DNA of 64,000 nt from Schmidtea nova (taxonomy: Eukaryota), in NCBI GenBank assembly GCA_044892505.1, contig CM097884.1, positions 35,464,001 through 35,528,000 on the forward strand, given 5' to 3'. Position 1 is the first letter of the stretch. Each line of letters starts with the position of its first letter. Below, in pieces: positions 25,471 to 37,900 of the stretch. A program made the position numbers and the translations under genes. The notes under the pieces are model-generated. The model was given only the letters and a program-made list of their open reading frames with translations. It was not told the DNA's origin and did not search any database.

Positions 25471-26469
25471 AACTTTTTTTAGATTAAAGAAATTAGTAGA
25501 TTTTCTCAATCCAATATTATTCAATTTCTTAACAATAAACACATTTTTGCCATTCTTTGTCAATTATTAACTTTTATTATATTGAAATGAGTACAAAAAC
25601 ACGTTATTATTTTTTAAGACTGTAATTTTTTAATAAATAATAAATCATAATTTTCAATTTTTTTGTGTATTTATTTATTTTTACAAAAATAAAATATAAA
25701 TGTTAATATTTTAAATTGTCTTAACGGTCAGGAATTTTATTTTAACACAATTTAAAAAAATTTTTAAACAAAATATAATATATACAAAAAATAAAAAATA
25801 AAAAATAATATAATAATGTCAAATCGAAATAAAATTTGTCGGTATCAATTAATTTTTTAAAGCAATACAAGAGCATTCATTCAGTGATATCAGTTGAGTG
25901 GAACGATTTTGGTTAAGATTTTTCTGTAAATTAAATTGATTGAGTGATAAATTTCCGCAAAATATTGTTTGCACTATTACTCTTAAATTGTGTATTTTTT
26001 AATTTTATTAATATTTTAATTTCATTTTTTTAAAACTTAATAAACATGCTTAACATAAAGCCTACACCGAGTTATGAAAAAATATTATACTGTAATAAAT
26101 TAAAATTTAAAACAAATAATGAAATGAAAATAAATATAAATTTAAGACTGTTAAGCATCTTACTGAAAAAAATAATAATTTTGCAATATTTGACAGAAAA
26201 TAAAATTGTAAATGCTATTTATTTCACTTCTCTTTTTGAGGTGCTATTTTTGAAAATTATATTCAACTAAAATATGTCAAAGATCACCTTTATCATAACA
26301 TTAAAAAATCAACTTAGATGTGCAACGACAAAGTTCGTGAAGATTTAAAAACAAAAAATATTTTGGAGGAAAATAATTAGCTATCGTAAGATGTCTTTAA
26401 TTTATTTGTATTATATGTGAAATTTTATTTTTGCAGTATATTTTGAAAAATGCTGTTGTTTTATTTATC

Positions 26470-26620
26470 ATAATTATCTTTTGGTTTCACCTTTGATCTC
26501 TGTTTATTTATATCAATAATTTTCATAATTGTATGACTATAAATGAAAAATAAATTTTGGGATTTTTGGTTGCTAAGTACACAATATTTCAGCACAGTCT
26601 TTATCAATTATGTATTTTGA
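26470..26620 (-). repeat. Old diverged family-1 terminal copy with degenerate hammerhead
   Basis: TTGATAA A GAC TGT GCT GAA ATAT T GTGT on - strand, stem I and II partly broken, followed by the family-1 tail. Confidence 0.7.
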
Positions 26621-26699
26621 AATTTGAAATTTGCTATCTGGATTCATTTCAGTTATTGCGCATGCATATTTTGGTGGGATTTAATAAATTTGTTTTTTT

Positions 26700-28310
26700 T
26701 TAAATTTTTGCAAGAATTTTATCATGGCTGGTAAAAGAATATTAACCTCATGAAAGAATGAATCGGTGTCAACAGTAACGATGTTAACTTCGCAGTTGAA
26801 TTCGTTACGATATTTTTATAATTCTTCATACTGCAGTTGGTACATTATAAGTTTAGGTAGATCCAGTACAGTTTGACCAATGTAGCTGGGTCTATCCAAA
26901 CACACCGATTCTTTATTTAACAATATCGCAACCAAGTCATCGTCAATTTCGAAAGTGTTCTTGGACGTTAGCTTAGAAGTATATGTAATCAGTCTAGAAG
27001 CTGAATTACATAACCTTAAATTTATGCGCTTTTTAAGATTCTCTACGGTTTTACCGTAGAAACTATTATTTAATAATTTATAATAATTTTTACCCAAGGC
27101 ATTACTCGATTTCCTCCTTAGTCTGATTTTGGTATTGATGTAATCCTTAAAAATACAAGCTTGTTTAAATATAATTGCCATATGGACATAAGTTATTTTA
27201 CTCTAAGAAAAAGAAAAATTTTGAGAAGTCTCCAATGAAGAACATAGTTCTTATTGGAATAATGTGTAAGCATCAACTTCTCAACTTCTCATCGTTTTAG
27301 CTGGAGCTTACAAAAATGGCAAGAATCTATAAATTTAATAGTTAAACTATCGAATCTTGTATATAAAGTCAAAAACCTTTCTCTTGTAGTAAGAATACAA
27401 CTTATAGTCCAACTTGGAAATTTATTTAAACCATATCTGAGGATATGATGTAAATCATATTCGCGTAAATTATGAAAAATTATCGGCATGATGAATCTTA
27501 TTTGCCGGGAAAAATTGCATTTAGAGCAAACCGCTCCCAAGTATCATAATCTTTAACCGAATTCTTCAAAGATTTATTACACAAACAACAAATTGTAGAA
27601 CTACAAAACGATTTAATTTGAGCAGGAGAAAGATATTCCATTTTCTTTTTGGAATTATTTATAAAGTAAGGTAAAACTATTTTTTTTCCTATATCATTGA
27701 TTTCAGTCAAAACCTTTTCTACACAGTTAATACAATAAATGCTTTTAAATGATTTTCCGCCGGTAAAGTTAATAATAAGCAACAAGCCAGCAGAAATGGA
27801 CAAGAGACAATGAAAATACTTACCGTCTTTTGGGTAAATCAGCCTCAAAATCGACATATACGACGAAAGGAGTGGTAACAATCTTTGACCAATCTTTAAA
27901 TTCCAAGTTCTTATCTGAAGGTAAAATATACAAAGCTGTATTTAATTGGTTATTTGTGCATAAAGACTGATGTTTCTAAAAAGCTTCAGTCAATCTTAAA
28001 CCATTCAAGTAAAGCTCGCATCATGTGCACCTTATTTGAACATCCGTAACAGAAAAAGTGTCACAATTTAAACGACTATTTAGATTGGTAACTACGATAT
28101 AATGAAACGAGTCACTTTCTTCAAACAAAATTAAATTAATTGAAATACCACCTACAACTTTTGAATTATGAATAATATCTACAAATGTATGTTTCAATAC
28201 TTCATTGTTTTCATAATAATCAATTATATTGCTTTCATCATACGAAAAGATATTTATTGCCAACCAGGGCTTTTTTGCTTCAAATTTAGAAATATTACAT
28301 AATTTCATCG
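26700..28310 (-). mobile_element. Polinton-like protein-primed DNA polymerase B gene, fragmented
   Basis: KLLNNSFYGKTVEN, RPSYIGQTVLDLPKLIMY, MPIIFHNLREYDLHHI, cysteine pairs of an endonuclease VII-like insert, INLILFEESDSFHY; spread over several frames. Confidence 0.85.
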
Positions 28311-28675
28311 GAAGATCAGAAGGATCAAAAACAAGGTATGAAATATTATAATTATAAGACTTATTAACTTATTAGATTTCACCGCATCATAATTTAAAAT
28401 AACCAAATTGCTATTTATAAAACACAAGTTATCAGTGTTTTTTACATTGACAGTGCAATTTTATGATTTAATGATGGTGGGGTTGATAAAGAACTTTGAC
28501 TACTCAATCTATTTATTTGTGAATATTTGTAAACTACTGCCCCATTTATATTAGTTTATATTAAAATAATTAATTTATAAAATTTTATTAATATATTTAC
28601 CAAAATATTATCAAAAAGATCACATTAATATTCTCTTCAAACTTCATATTTATCATATATATATATATATATATA

Positions 28676-31600
28676 CCCCGGCCTACCAAAACTCTCCAGT
28701 CAGGCAGTTATTTACATATTGCAGTTCATAATGAACAGTTTATAATGAAGAGCAATGGAAACAAATGTCACTAACACACACGAATACTGAATGTATGTAG
28801 TTCTGAGAGAGTTTGTACTTCGTTTTATTACCTTTCATCTGGATAACAAGGCGCACTCCTTTGGTCATCGTATCGAACACCTTTGCCAAGAAATCAGGGT
28901 AGATGTGTGACCATTCTTCATGCAGATGCGTTTCCAGTTCGGAGGCGTTACGGGCAATGGGAATTCCATTGTGAACTCGTCTACCAAGGAGATTCCACAG
29001 AAACTCAATAGGATTCAGATCAGGGCTTTTTGGAACCCAATCCAAAATTTCGATGCTGTGCTTCAGAAAGAATTCCTTCATAATGTGTGAAGTATGGGTT
29101 GGTGCATTATCCTGTTGGAAAATGAAAACCTCAATTTCTGGAAGAAAGGGAACAAGCTCATTTTCCAGAATGACACGGTATTCCGCTGACGTCATGTGAT
29201 TTATGCACTTCATTAGAGGGCCAGTTCCACGAGCTGAGAAAAGACTTCAAAACATGATGGAGCCTCTTTGATGAACCGAAAACCACACCAAGATATTCAG
29301 ATTTTTGGCGTGGTTGCCGATTCATCAATTTTATATTTGTTCCCTCGCTTATCATTTTACATAAGTTTACAAATAAATCTAAATATACTTTTGTTTTCGA
29401 ATGTCTGTAGTTGGTATTCAGCTTACGGCAATTTGTTAACATATACTCAGTCATGCCAAATAGCAGGGAAAGAAGGATTCCAGGTCGAACCAAAGATCGA
29501 TCGAAATCATCGGGTAATCCCCCAAGGAGGATCTCATAAGGAGGTGTTTCACTGCCGGCTTGCTTATTAGAAAGTACTTGTCCAATCACTCGGAACGTGT
29601 AGATATAATTGTCAGAAAATGTAATATTTATTTGATAACCAGTTTCTATATAAATCTTAATTGTATCACTTTTCTTTATTAATTGATTGAAAGAGACGTT
29701 GAAAAATCTGTAAAATTTAAGAATAAGATTGGAAGCATAACACCAAGTTTTGGAAATGTCTGTGAAAATATCAAACATGCAGTTGTTTACCAAAATTTCA
29801 TGAATAAAAATAAAAGGAGGTCTCAAAGATTGAATAACCATATAAAAATGATACACACATGAATTTGATAGTACAGTACATACTCTAAATACATTCACTT
29901 TCGGATCTTGATAGGATATCAATTGACAATAAAATCGTAATTTTCTTGAGACGAATAAGTTCATCATATAAGAACCTTCAAAAATGCACATTGTAAAGAC
30001 AATGAATACAAACAATCCGAAAATAATGACGATGTAATAATGTTGGACGATCATTGCCAAAGATCTGTAGAAAGTAGGATTCAACATTAAAGCCCTACCG
30101 GTGAACGGCATTTGGCCTTCCAACTTAAAACATCTACTAGAAGAATCACTTTTAAAAGATTCGAGCAATTCCTGGGCACTTAAGCTCAAATTGCCATAAC
30201 TATTCACTGAAACCTGATAACGGGGACCTTTAAAGTCACTCAAGCATATTTTTGGAGTCAAAATAAGCAAGTGATCCACCAAGAACTCGATCCTTATTTC
30301 CCACGGAAGTTGATTAAATATCAAGTTTAAACGGAGAAATATATTCTGTACCCATATTTCGATCTTTATAAATTTCTCTCTTTCAGTAACAAATTCAATG
30401 TTATCACTAAGATTGACATAAAAGTAGGGCCCAATAACAACTTTGGCATAGCATTGTTTATTAAAAATATTTAGTTTTAAAGTTTTAGATAGTTCCATAA
30501 ATTCCTTCGTTTCTAAGGCAACTATTTCTGTGATTTCAGACAGAATAATCGCTGGCGCGTGAGCGATGTAAATGAGTTGATAGCGCTTATTATGTGATTC
30601 AACCAATCCGCTGATTTCATATTTATCATTGATGCGGAAATATCCCAACATTGATTCATTGGACTCCGTAGTGATATATCCATAGGAATTGATAAGAACC
30701 TCCAAACGTTTACCGTTAGCAGAAACTTTCAATGGTCTGACATCTTGAAAGTATTTGTAATAAATGACATTTGTTTTCCACTTCATGTTGACAAATTCAA
30801 CAATATAAGTTGCCGTAGCATTAGAAGATTCGATATTCCTGGCGCTGTCTGTCAGTCTAACATCGGCTTGTAACAATTTGTATGTAAAGATCCTGTGGAT
30901 AAATTCAAAAATATATAATAACTTTATCATTATCAAAATCATTTGATCAATAATTAAGAATTTCAAATATTTATTTTTTTATTAATTATTGCGCGGGTTA
31001 ACCGCTTAACAAACTCTTTTAAACAACAAAACTTACAATGTTGAAATTATAAAATATTTACATATATAACCATTTTTTTACAACCTTAATTTACATAAAT
31101 TTTTACATATATAACAATATTTTTACAACCTTGATTTACATAATTTTAAAGATACATAAAACACGCATAAACATTTATTTATGTTAAAAATTCATATCTA
31201 AACGTGTGTCCACAGAACATTACAGCCTCCTCCATATCTCACTCTGAATGCAGTCAGAGTGAAATCGTTCTCCTACACGACACTAGCAGGATTGCTGTCC
31301 ATCATATTTGAAAAGAGTGAAACGTGATTCATCACTCCAATTGATTGAGTGCCATTGTTCTGATGTCGAACTCCTTCTCTCCCGGCATAATTCAAGCAAC
31401 GACGACGAATTGTTATGTAATCAAAGGCTTCCTTGCAAAGGATCTGCCATAAAAACCATGAAAATATAATACGCGACGAATGGCGGACATGCTGGCATGT
31501 ACAGGGCCAGTGTTAAATATGGACACTAACTTGGACAGGGGAACCGACGATGATCCACCACAAGTCGTTTCAGCTGCCGTTGTGTATGAATGCTCAGAAG

Positions 31601-32024
31601 TTTATGGCAGTCTGAATGTTGCTTTGTTGACATGTGTCTGCTCCTGGCGGTACTTCCTCAGGAAGTGAATATAGTTTCTTTGGGATAGCCAGTCAATGCA
31701 TTAGTTTCATTCTGACTTTTTCCACAAATATAACATCCTTAAATAATGCCTTTTTGAAAGTATGTAAGCTCTCTCTGAGTAGCCATATTCTAAGAAAATG
31801 ACAATCCTTCATAAAAATGACTCACTTTTCTTTCACTGTTGTGTGTCTGGTGTGAATAGTCATATTCTGTGGGTGTGAGTGTACGTGTACATGTGCGCAT
31901 GCTGCATGTTGAATGTGTTGGTGACATTTGTTTCCATTGCTGTACATATTTGCACTGCAGACGTTCATTATAAAATGCAATATGTAAATAACTGCCTGAC
32001 TGAAGACTTTTTTGTAGGCCGCGG
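28676..32024 (-). mobile_element. Tc1-like (DD34E) element with ~105-bp TIRs, transposase split by a ~1.9 kb insert
   Basis: TA-flanked TIRs CC(C/G)CGGCCTAC...CAGTCAGGCAGTTATTTACATATTGCA at 28676-28778 and 31914-32024; N-half 31786-31205 (MATQRELTYFQKG, WSDESRF), C-half about 29290-28740 (QQDNAP...SPDLNPIE, 34 residues between D and E). Confidence 0.85.
29158..30942 (-). CDS. ~594-aa intact ORF, remote ADAM10/17-like prodomain plus M12B-like domain lacking the zinc motif
   Basis: First ATG 30942; ordered matches by eye: YGYITTESNES..G, CYAKVVIGPYFY, IEFLVDHLLI, LLESF...RCF, GSYMM (Met-turn-like), NSCV; no HExxHxxGxxH; last ~45 codons run through Tc1 sequence. Confidence 0.45.
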   Translation of the reverse strand: MILIMIKLLYIFEFIHRIFTYKLLQADVRLTDSARNIESSNATATYIVEFVNMKWKTNVIYYKYFQDVRPLKVSANGKRLEVLINSYGYITTESNESMLGYFRINDKYEISGLVESHNKRYQLIYIAHAPAIILSEITEIVALETKEFMELSKTLKLNIFNKQCYAKVVIGPYFYVNLSDNIEFVTEREKFIKIEIWVQNIFLRLNLIFNQLPWEIRIEFLVDHLLILTPKICLSDFKGPRYQVSVNSYGNLSLSAQELLESFKSDSSSRCFKLEGQMPFTGRALMLNPTFYRSLAMIVQHYYIVIIFGLFVFIVFTMCIFEGSYMMNLFVSRKLRFYCQLISYQDPKVNVFRVCTVLSNSCVYHFYMVIQSLRPPFIFIHEILVNNCMFDIFTDISKTWCYASNLILKFYRFFNVSFNQLIKKSDTIKIYIETGYQINITFSDNYIYTFRVIGQVLSNKQAGSETPPYEILLGGLPDDFDRSLVRPGILLSLLFGMTEYMLTNCRKLNTNYRHSKTKVYLDLFVNLCKMISEGTNIKLMNRQPRQKSEYLGVVFGSSKRLHHVLKSFLSSWNWPSNEVHKSHDVSGIPCHSGK

Positions 32025-33324
32025 TAGGTTGCCGATCGCTGGGTTAGACAATAATGAAAGATTTTTAAATGAATATATTTGAAAAACGAACTTATGAATT
32101 TCCTATCAGAGAATAGGTTTATATGGTGAGGAAAGTTCTCACAGACAAAAAGTATTATTCCCAAATTAGTGGTTTTAACTTTAAAATTAAAATGAATTAA
32201 ATTTCTGTTTCAAATCATAAAAGTTTTACAAATTCTTCAAACTCAATGTTTAATGTATCACTGTAAAATTTATCAAAAATACGATATAAATTTTGTATAT
32301 TTTCTTATAATTTTGTATTTTTGACTTCCCATTTAATATTTTATTGGCTTAAAAATAACTAAGTTCTGATCGGATCAGGTCAGGTGAGATTATTTATAAA
32401 TCTTTACTGATTTAGTGCGGATGTGTAAACCTGTATCCATGCAATTCTCTAATTCATAGTAAATAATAGCGCTAAACTTGGCACGATAAAAGTTAACCAA
32501 TCACATGACAGATTTTGTATTAGACTTATTAGAAATGCCATTATTTGAAGATACTGTGAAAAAAAGATGATGTTAGCTTTTAGGTAATTTTTTAAAAAGA
32601 TTTTGAAAAAAAGTTAAATTTTATTTTTCATTATTTATTAAAAATATTTATTTTCAAAACAAACAACATTTGACTGAAAGTTAAGAAAGCATTTTAATTA
32701 GACTTGTATTAAAATAATTATAGTTTAACGTTGAAAAAAAAGCAGAAGTTATGAAATAATTATTAAGTATTAGTTAAAATTTATTTCTGTCCTAAACTAA
32801 TTGACTTATGAATATTACAAATGTTTTCAATAATAAAATAATCAATTTTTTGTTGATTATTTAGAGTAATTGTTCATTTGTTTTATTTATTTCCTGTTGA
32901 CTCGTAATGAAATTTTGCTTAAAAATTTTGAATATTTAGTTATAATTCAATAATTTTTATATTAATATTTCTAAGACTATATAGAAACAATTATTTTTAT
33001 TCGATACAATATTTTTCGGCACAGCTTTTGTTTAGTGCGTATCAAAGATTAATATAAAAATTAATTAATTAAAAACAGATCAAATGTGAACCAAAAGATA
33101 ATGATTACTTTTATAATTATTATAATTATTGTAATTGATTTATTTTTTATTTTCTATTTTTTTTAACTTTTGTATAAATAAATGCAATATTGACCTGAAA
33201 TCTGAAAAGCAAATAAAAAATTTAAAAACTTATTATTATTATTTTTAATAATAATAATAATAATATTATTATCAATAATTCTCATAATGACTATAGATCA
33301 AAATTTTTTTTTTTATAAACAATA

Positions 33325-33353
33325 ACACAATATTTCGGCACAGCCTTTATCAA
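33325..33353 (-). ncRNA. Family-1 hammerhead lacking the 5' arm of stem I
   Basis: Core intact but preceded by GTGTGTA rather than ACAC. Confidence 0.6.
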
Positions 33354-33356
33354 TAC

Positions 33357-33389
33357 ACACTTGATAAAGGCTGTGCCGAAATATTGTGT
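33357..33389 (+). ncRNA. Family-1 hammerhead
   Basis: Full 33-nt motif. Confidence 0.8.
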
Positions 33390-33587
33390 TATTGTTTATA
33401 AAAAAAATTTTTTTTGATCTATAGTCATTATGAGAATTATTGATAATAATAATAAAAAAAGATCAAAGGTGAAAAAAGATAATTATGATAATAATAATAA
33501 TATCATAATAATCTTTTTTCACCTTTGATCTTTTTTTATTATTATTATCAATAATTCTATAGATCAAAATTTTTTTTATAAACAATA

Positions 33588-33620
33588 ACACAATATTTCG
33601 GCACAGCCTTTATCAAGTGT
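33588..33620 (-). ncRNA. Family-1 hammerhead
   Basis: Full 33-nt motif. Confidence 0.8.
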
Positions 33621-33633
33621 GTATTTCAAATAC

Positions 33634-33666
33634 ACACTTGATAAAGGCTGTGCCGAAATATTGTGT
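33634..33666 (+). ncRNA. Family-1 hammerhead
   Basis: Full 33-nt motif. Confidence 0.8.
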
Positions 33667-33721
33667 TATTGTTTATAAAAAAATTTTGATCTATAGTCAG
33701 CATTATGAGAATTTTTGATAA

Positions 33722-33767
<46 letters not shown>

Positions 33768-34178
33768 TAAAGTTTTGGATTTCTTTTTTTAATGTTATTT
33801 GCAGTGGCTTCATCAAAACAAAGTAGACAAAAAACGACAGACTAATTTTTACTCAAAGGAAAAGTAAAGTCTGTCAATCATAGTCTTTCTTCAGATCCTT
33901 ATTTCACAATAACATTAATTAATAATAATAATTTTTTGTAAATTCAAAAGGAATCGTGTAGAATTTATTTGTTTGAAATGAGATAAAATATGAGAGTAAA
34001 TGAAATAAAATATTTCTCATAGAGTATTTTATAGACAAGTCATTTAAGAATTAGTAAAATAATTAATATTATTTTATTACATGATATTTGATATGTAATA
34101 TAGAGACAAAATATAGAATGAACTATTTTAAAACTTTACTTTACACATTATATAGCAATTCTAACCATTAAAAGTATG

Positions 34179-34634
34179 CACTGGCGTACCTAGGGTAAAT
34201 GGCGCCTATGGCAAACACCGATATTGCGCCCCTCCCCGACGATAAGTTATTTACGTTTTATTTTTTAAAAAACTACTTTAGAATTGGGTAACTATTAACA
34301 CTTTATTACAAATTTATCTTTCTTGCTTTAGCTGACGCAAATTGTTTAATTATATTAGCAAAGTCAATTTCTTCGGTCATTTCTCGTTTTATGCTAAGTA
34401 AAGCAAGATCACATAATTGACTTTGTCCCATCAAGGTTCTCAAATATGAAAGTATCAATTTTAATTTGCTAAATGATCTTTTGCAACTGGCAATAGAAAC
34501 CGCGATTTAATACACATATTTATATCTATAAAAATATTTCTTTAATTTCATTTGCATATTTATACGTCAGGCGCTTTTTCGCCCCCCCCCTTTCAGTTGG
34601 CGCCCATGCCTGCCATACGCTAGTTACGCCTCTG
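34179..34634 (-). mobile_element. hAT deletion derivative (456 bp)
   Basis: TIRs CACTGGCGTACCTAG / CTAGTTACGCCTCTG, perfect 8-bp TSD AAAGTATG, minus-strand RSFSKLKLILSYLRTLMGQ dimerisation-domain remnant. Confidence 0.93.
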
Positions 34635-35926
34635 AAAGTATGTGATAAGTTCGTTTTTTAATCATTTAATACTCAATTTATTCTATAGAAATAATATAAT
34701 AATGTCAAAGTCTGTCAGATCGAAAGTTTTATAAATATGCTTTAAAGCTGGTGGAGCTAGTCTCTTGCATATCCTTTAAATAATCAACATAATTTTTTCC
34801 AATTCTAAAGCAATAGTTCCCAAAAAAAGTAGAGTGAGATACGTAAAAAGCTAATTCAGTTGTATAATAAAATTAATTACTTATATAAAATCAAAAGGTG
34901 ATACAATTCACAAAACTTACATCCTTAAAATATTTCCGAACCGCTGTCCTAAAGCATTGGCTGGTTATAAAAATATGGGAGAATTTGACAAATGATTCCG
35001 TTGTTTATTTTATTCATATTTACAGTTCCAACCGACAAACTTTTTACATTACATTTTTGAAAAGAACATTAGCTAAATAATTCATAATTAAGATTGCTTT
35101 GTAAGACTTGACAATATCTGGATGTGTTTCTCTCAAAACCCTTAAGGAAATGACTTTGATTTTATTTTAAAGAAATTTCATGAAACCTTTTTATTTTGGC
35201 TCTTGTTACCAAACCTTATTTTAAAAAGAAATCCAAATACTGAATAATCAAACGGTGATAACAATGAATGTTTATAGACAATTAAACATATTTAGACTGA
35301 AATTTAGATCATTTTGAAGTCTCAGATAATACGGGACAATAAAATTTGGCAATGTTTGAAATAAATAAAATTTCAAATTTCACTGTTGAAAATAAAATAT
35401 TATAATGGTATTTCCGAAATCTAACAAATCAGAATAATCAGAGCCATGTAAAATGATAAAAACTATTTCCTATTAAGATATTTTCTTTGAAAAATCCACA
35501 AGAATATTTCAAAAATAAATAGAATATTTTACTTAATAATAATTATTATAATAAATCTTGTTAAATATGTTTTTTTAAACTTACATTTAATGTAAATAAA
35601 TAACAAAACATGTGAAAAAAATCATGATTTCCTAGAATTTATTAAAAAATTAAATAAAAATCAATTTGTAAAACAAAAATAATCTTTCAAAGCTTATATA
35701 GTGATCTCATATCATTGTAAGATCAAAATGAGATATTTTGAAAAATAAACTTACCTGATAGCCATTTTTAAAAAATAACTAAACAATAAAGAAAATAATT
35801 ATGAGTAACACATATCTGTCCACACCTACTTATATTATGGTTACTCTTAAACTATGAAACCAAGTGTACAATTTAATTCATAATACATAATGTAGCATAT
35901 ATTACACAAATTTCAAAATATAATAT

Positions 35927-36754
35927 TGTTGAGGATTCCGAAATAATAAATAATATTATAAATAAATGGAATAACTTGGGGAAAACCGATAAGGTGATTG
36001 AGATAAAATTCTGAAACTTGGAGAAGAAAACACAAAAACAAAAAAAAATTAAAAATGAGCAAGAAGTGACAAAATAAAATAAATTAAACAATGAAGCAGA
36101 GAACAGTCACTTATAATAAATAAGTGCAAAATTCAAAAAGGAATTCCAAAATTTGAAAACAAAAACAAAATAAAATCGACATCCTAACGGATGTCAAAGA
36201 TAACACAGGAACTGAAAAAAAACTTTTGGAAAATGCCAGAGGCTAAAAGGGAAAAAACAAATTATACAGAGTGCCAAGCTGATATGGGTAACACGGGAAC
36301 TGAAAAAGAAAACTGGAAATGACAGAGGCAGGAATGGGAAAAACAAATTATCATGAGTGTCTGAGAATGGCGAACTATAAAAGGGAAGACATAATCTTTA
36401 TGACAGAAGTTGTATGGCAAAAAGTTGTGACAGAAATTTGTTGAGAAACGTACTAAGAGAAATTGATTGAGAAAACTTTGTTGAGTCGAATTTCAAGTCA
36501 AAGCAAAGAAAGCAATTAGTTGGTTACCAATTGTTGAATCGAAATCAGTAGCTAGTGGATGTTAGACGGACACTATCCACAAATGATATTCTTCACATAA
36601 GTGTCGTAAATGGCAGTTTAATTGTGAAAGTAGTTGTGATATCAATAGAGATTCATGTTGTAATTGTTATTCTGTTGATTAATAAGGCACGCATTTGGAG
36701 TCAGATTTTTGATTGGTAACTTTTAAATTTCACCAACCACACAAAAACCCAACA
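35927..36754 (+). mobile_element. Solo LTR (828 bp)
   Basis: TGTTG...CAACA termini, ATAT duplicated on both sides, AATAA(A/G)GCACGCATTTGGA near the 3' end; strand tentative. Confidence 0.75.
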
Positions 36755-36769
36755 ATATAGTAGACACAC

Positions 36770-36854
<85 letters not shown>

Positions 36855-37354
36855 GAAACACACCAATATGTAACTTTTTACGTTATTTACACATGTGTTC
36901 AACACTTTGTAGTTTACAAAATGGCGCGTAGTATATTCTAGCAGTTTAAGATTAGTATCATTTATACTTCATCATGTATTTAATGGTTAACATCAACCAA
37001 AGCTTCGTGCAATTAATCATTTGAAATTTCATTTATTTTATCATTTTTTGAAATACCAATGGATTCGAAATGTTTAGCAAATTCATCATCTATATTTCTC
37101 AATTTCTTATTATAATTTAGGTCAAAGTGTATTTTAGCGTATTTTATTATTATTATTTCTTTTCAAAAAATGAACGTATTTTATCATTTAAAGACAATTA
37201 AATGTCAATTATCGTTAACATTCAAAGTTAAATGATAATAAATATTCGAAATTAAAGTTATACGTCAATTAAATGTCAAATGATGTTAAAATCTAAAGCA
37301 AAAAGGTCAACTAATATTTAATGACAATAATGTAGTTTCTAAAACCGTTATAAT

Positions 37355-37900
37355 TCAAATGATGCACAGTTCGGCCAAAACAAACAAAAAGCGTGCAAAC
37401 ACGGTACGTCCTCTGGTTTCGTAGAGAAAATCAAACTCACAAAGATGAAACCTGAAGAGCGCATTACTTTTGCCAAATCGACGTTTAAGTTTCCATTTAG
37501 CCCGCATCCATAAATTTTTTATAATTTGCGTGTGCACATCAGAATCATTCAGATCGACAACACTTTGGTCATGTACAACAACGGAATGCATGTAAATACC
37601 ATTGGATAATCCAGAGATAGCTCTGTGTGCGGCCCAACCATCGCTCATAATTGGTGTCCCTGGTAATATGTAATGAAGTATAAGTGGTTTCAGGGTAGCT
37701 TTTGTGGGTAGATTTCTGTGGTACCTATATAAAGAAGCATTTTTCACTGATTCGCTCAACGCTACCAAAAGCCAAAATGGCCACCCCGCCAAGTTCCCCT
37801 GTGTCCTTACAGTTGACCGTTCGTTTAAGTCTAAATTGCGATATAAAAGAAATGATAGGATCATCAATGATTATTGACTGCGATACTACTTTCGAATGAA
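37355..37900 (-). mobile_element. Merlin/ISXO2 (IS1595-like) transposase fragment
   Basis: ILPGTPIMSDGWAAH, VVHDQSVVD, HTQIIKNLWMRAK. Confidence 0.9.

Larger units (their letters stand above)
33270..33725. repeat. Concatenated palindromes of the family-1 terminus (-,+,-,+)
   Basis: Three successive symmetry centres near 33355, 33495 and 33627. Confidence 0.93.

Noticed and set aside
32027-32043. CAGCGATCGGCAACC hAT-like end just outside the Tc1 TIR
   Set aside because: Only 15 bp, and no continuation found on the other side of the Tc1 insertion
33005-33045. Family-1-like segment TTTCGGCACAGCTTTTGTTTAG
   Set aside because: Old copy with the catalytic core destroyed; not counted as a ribozyme
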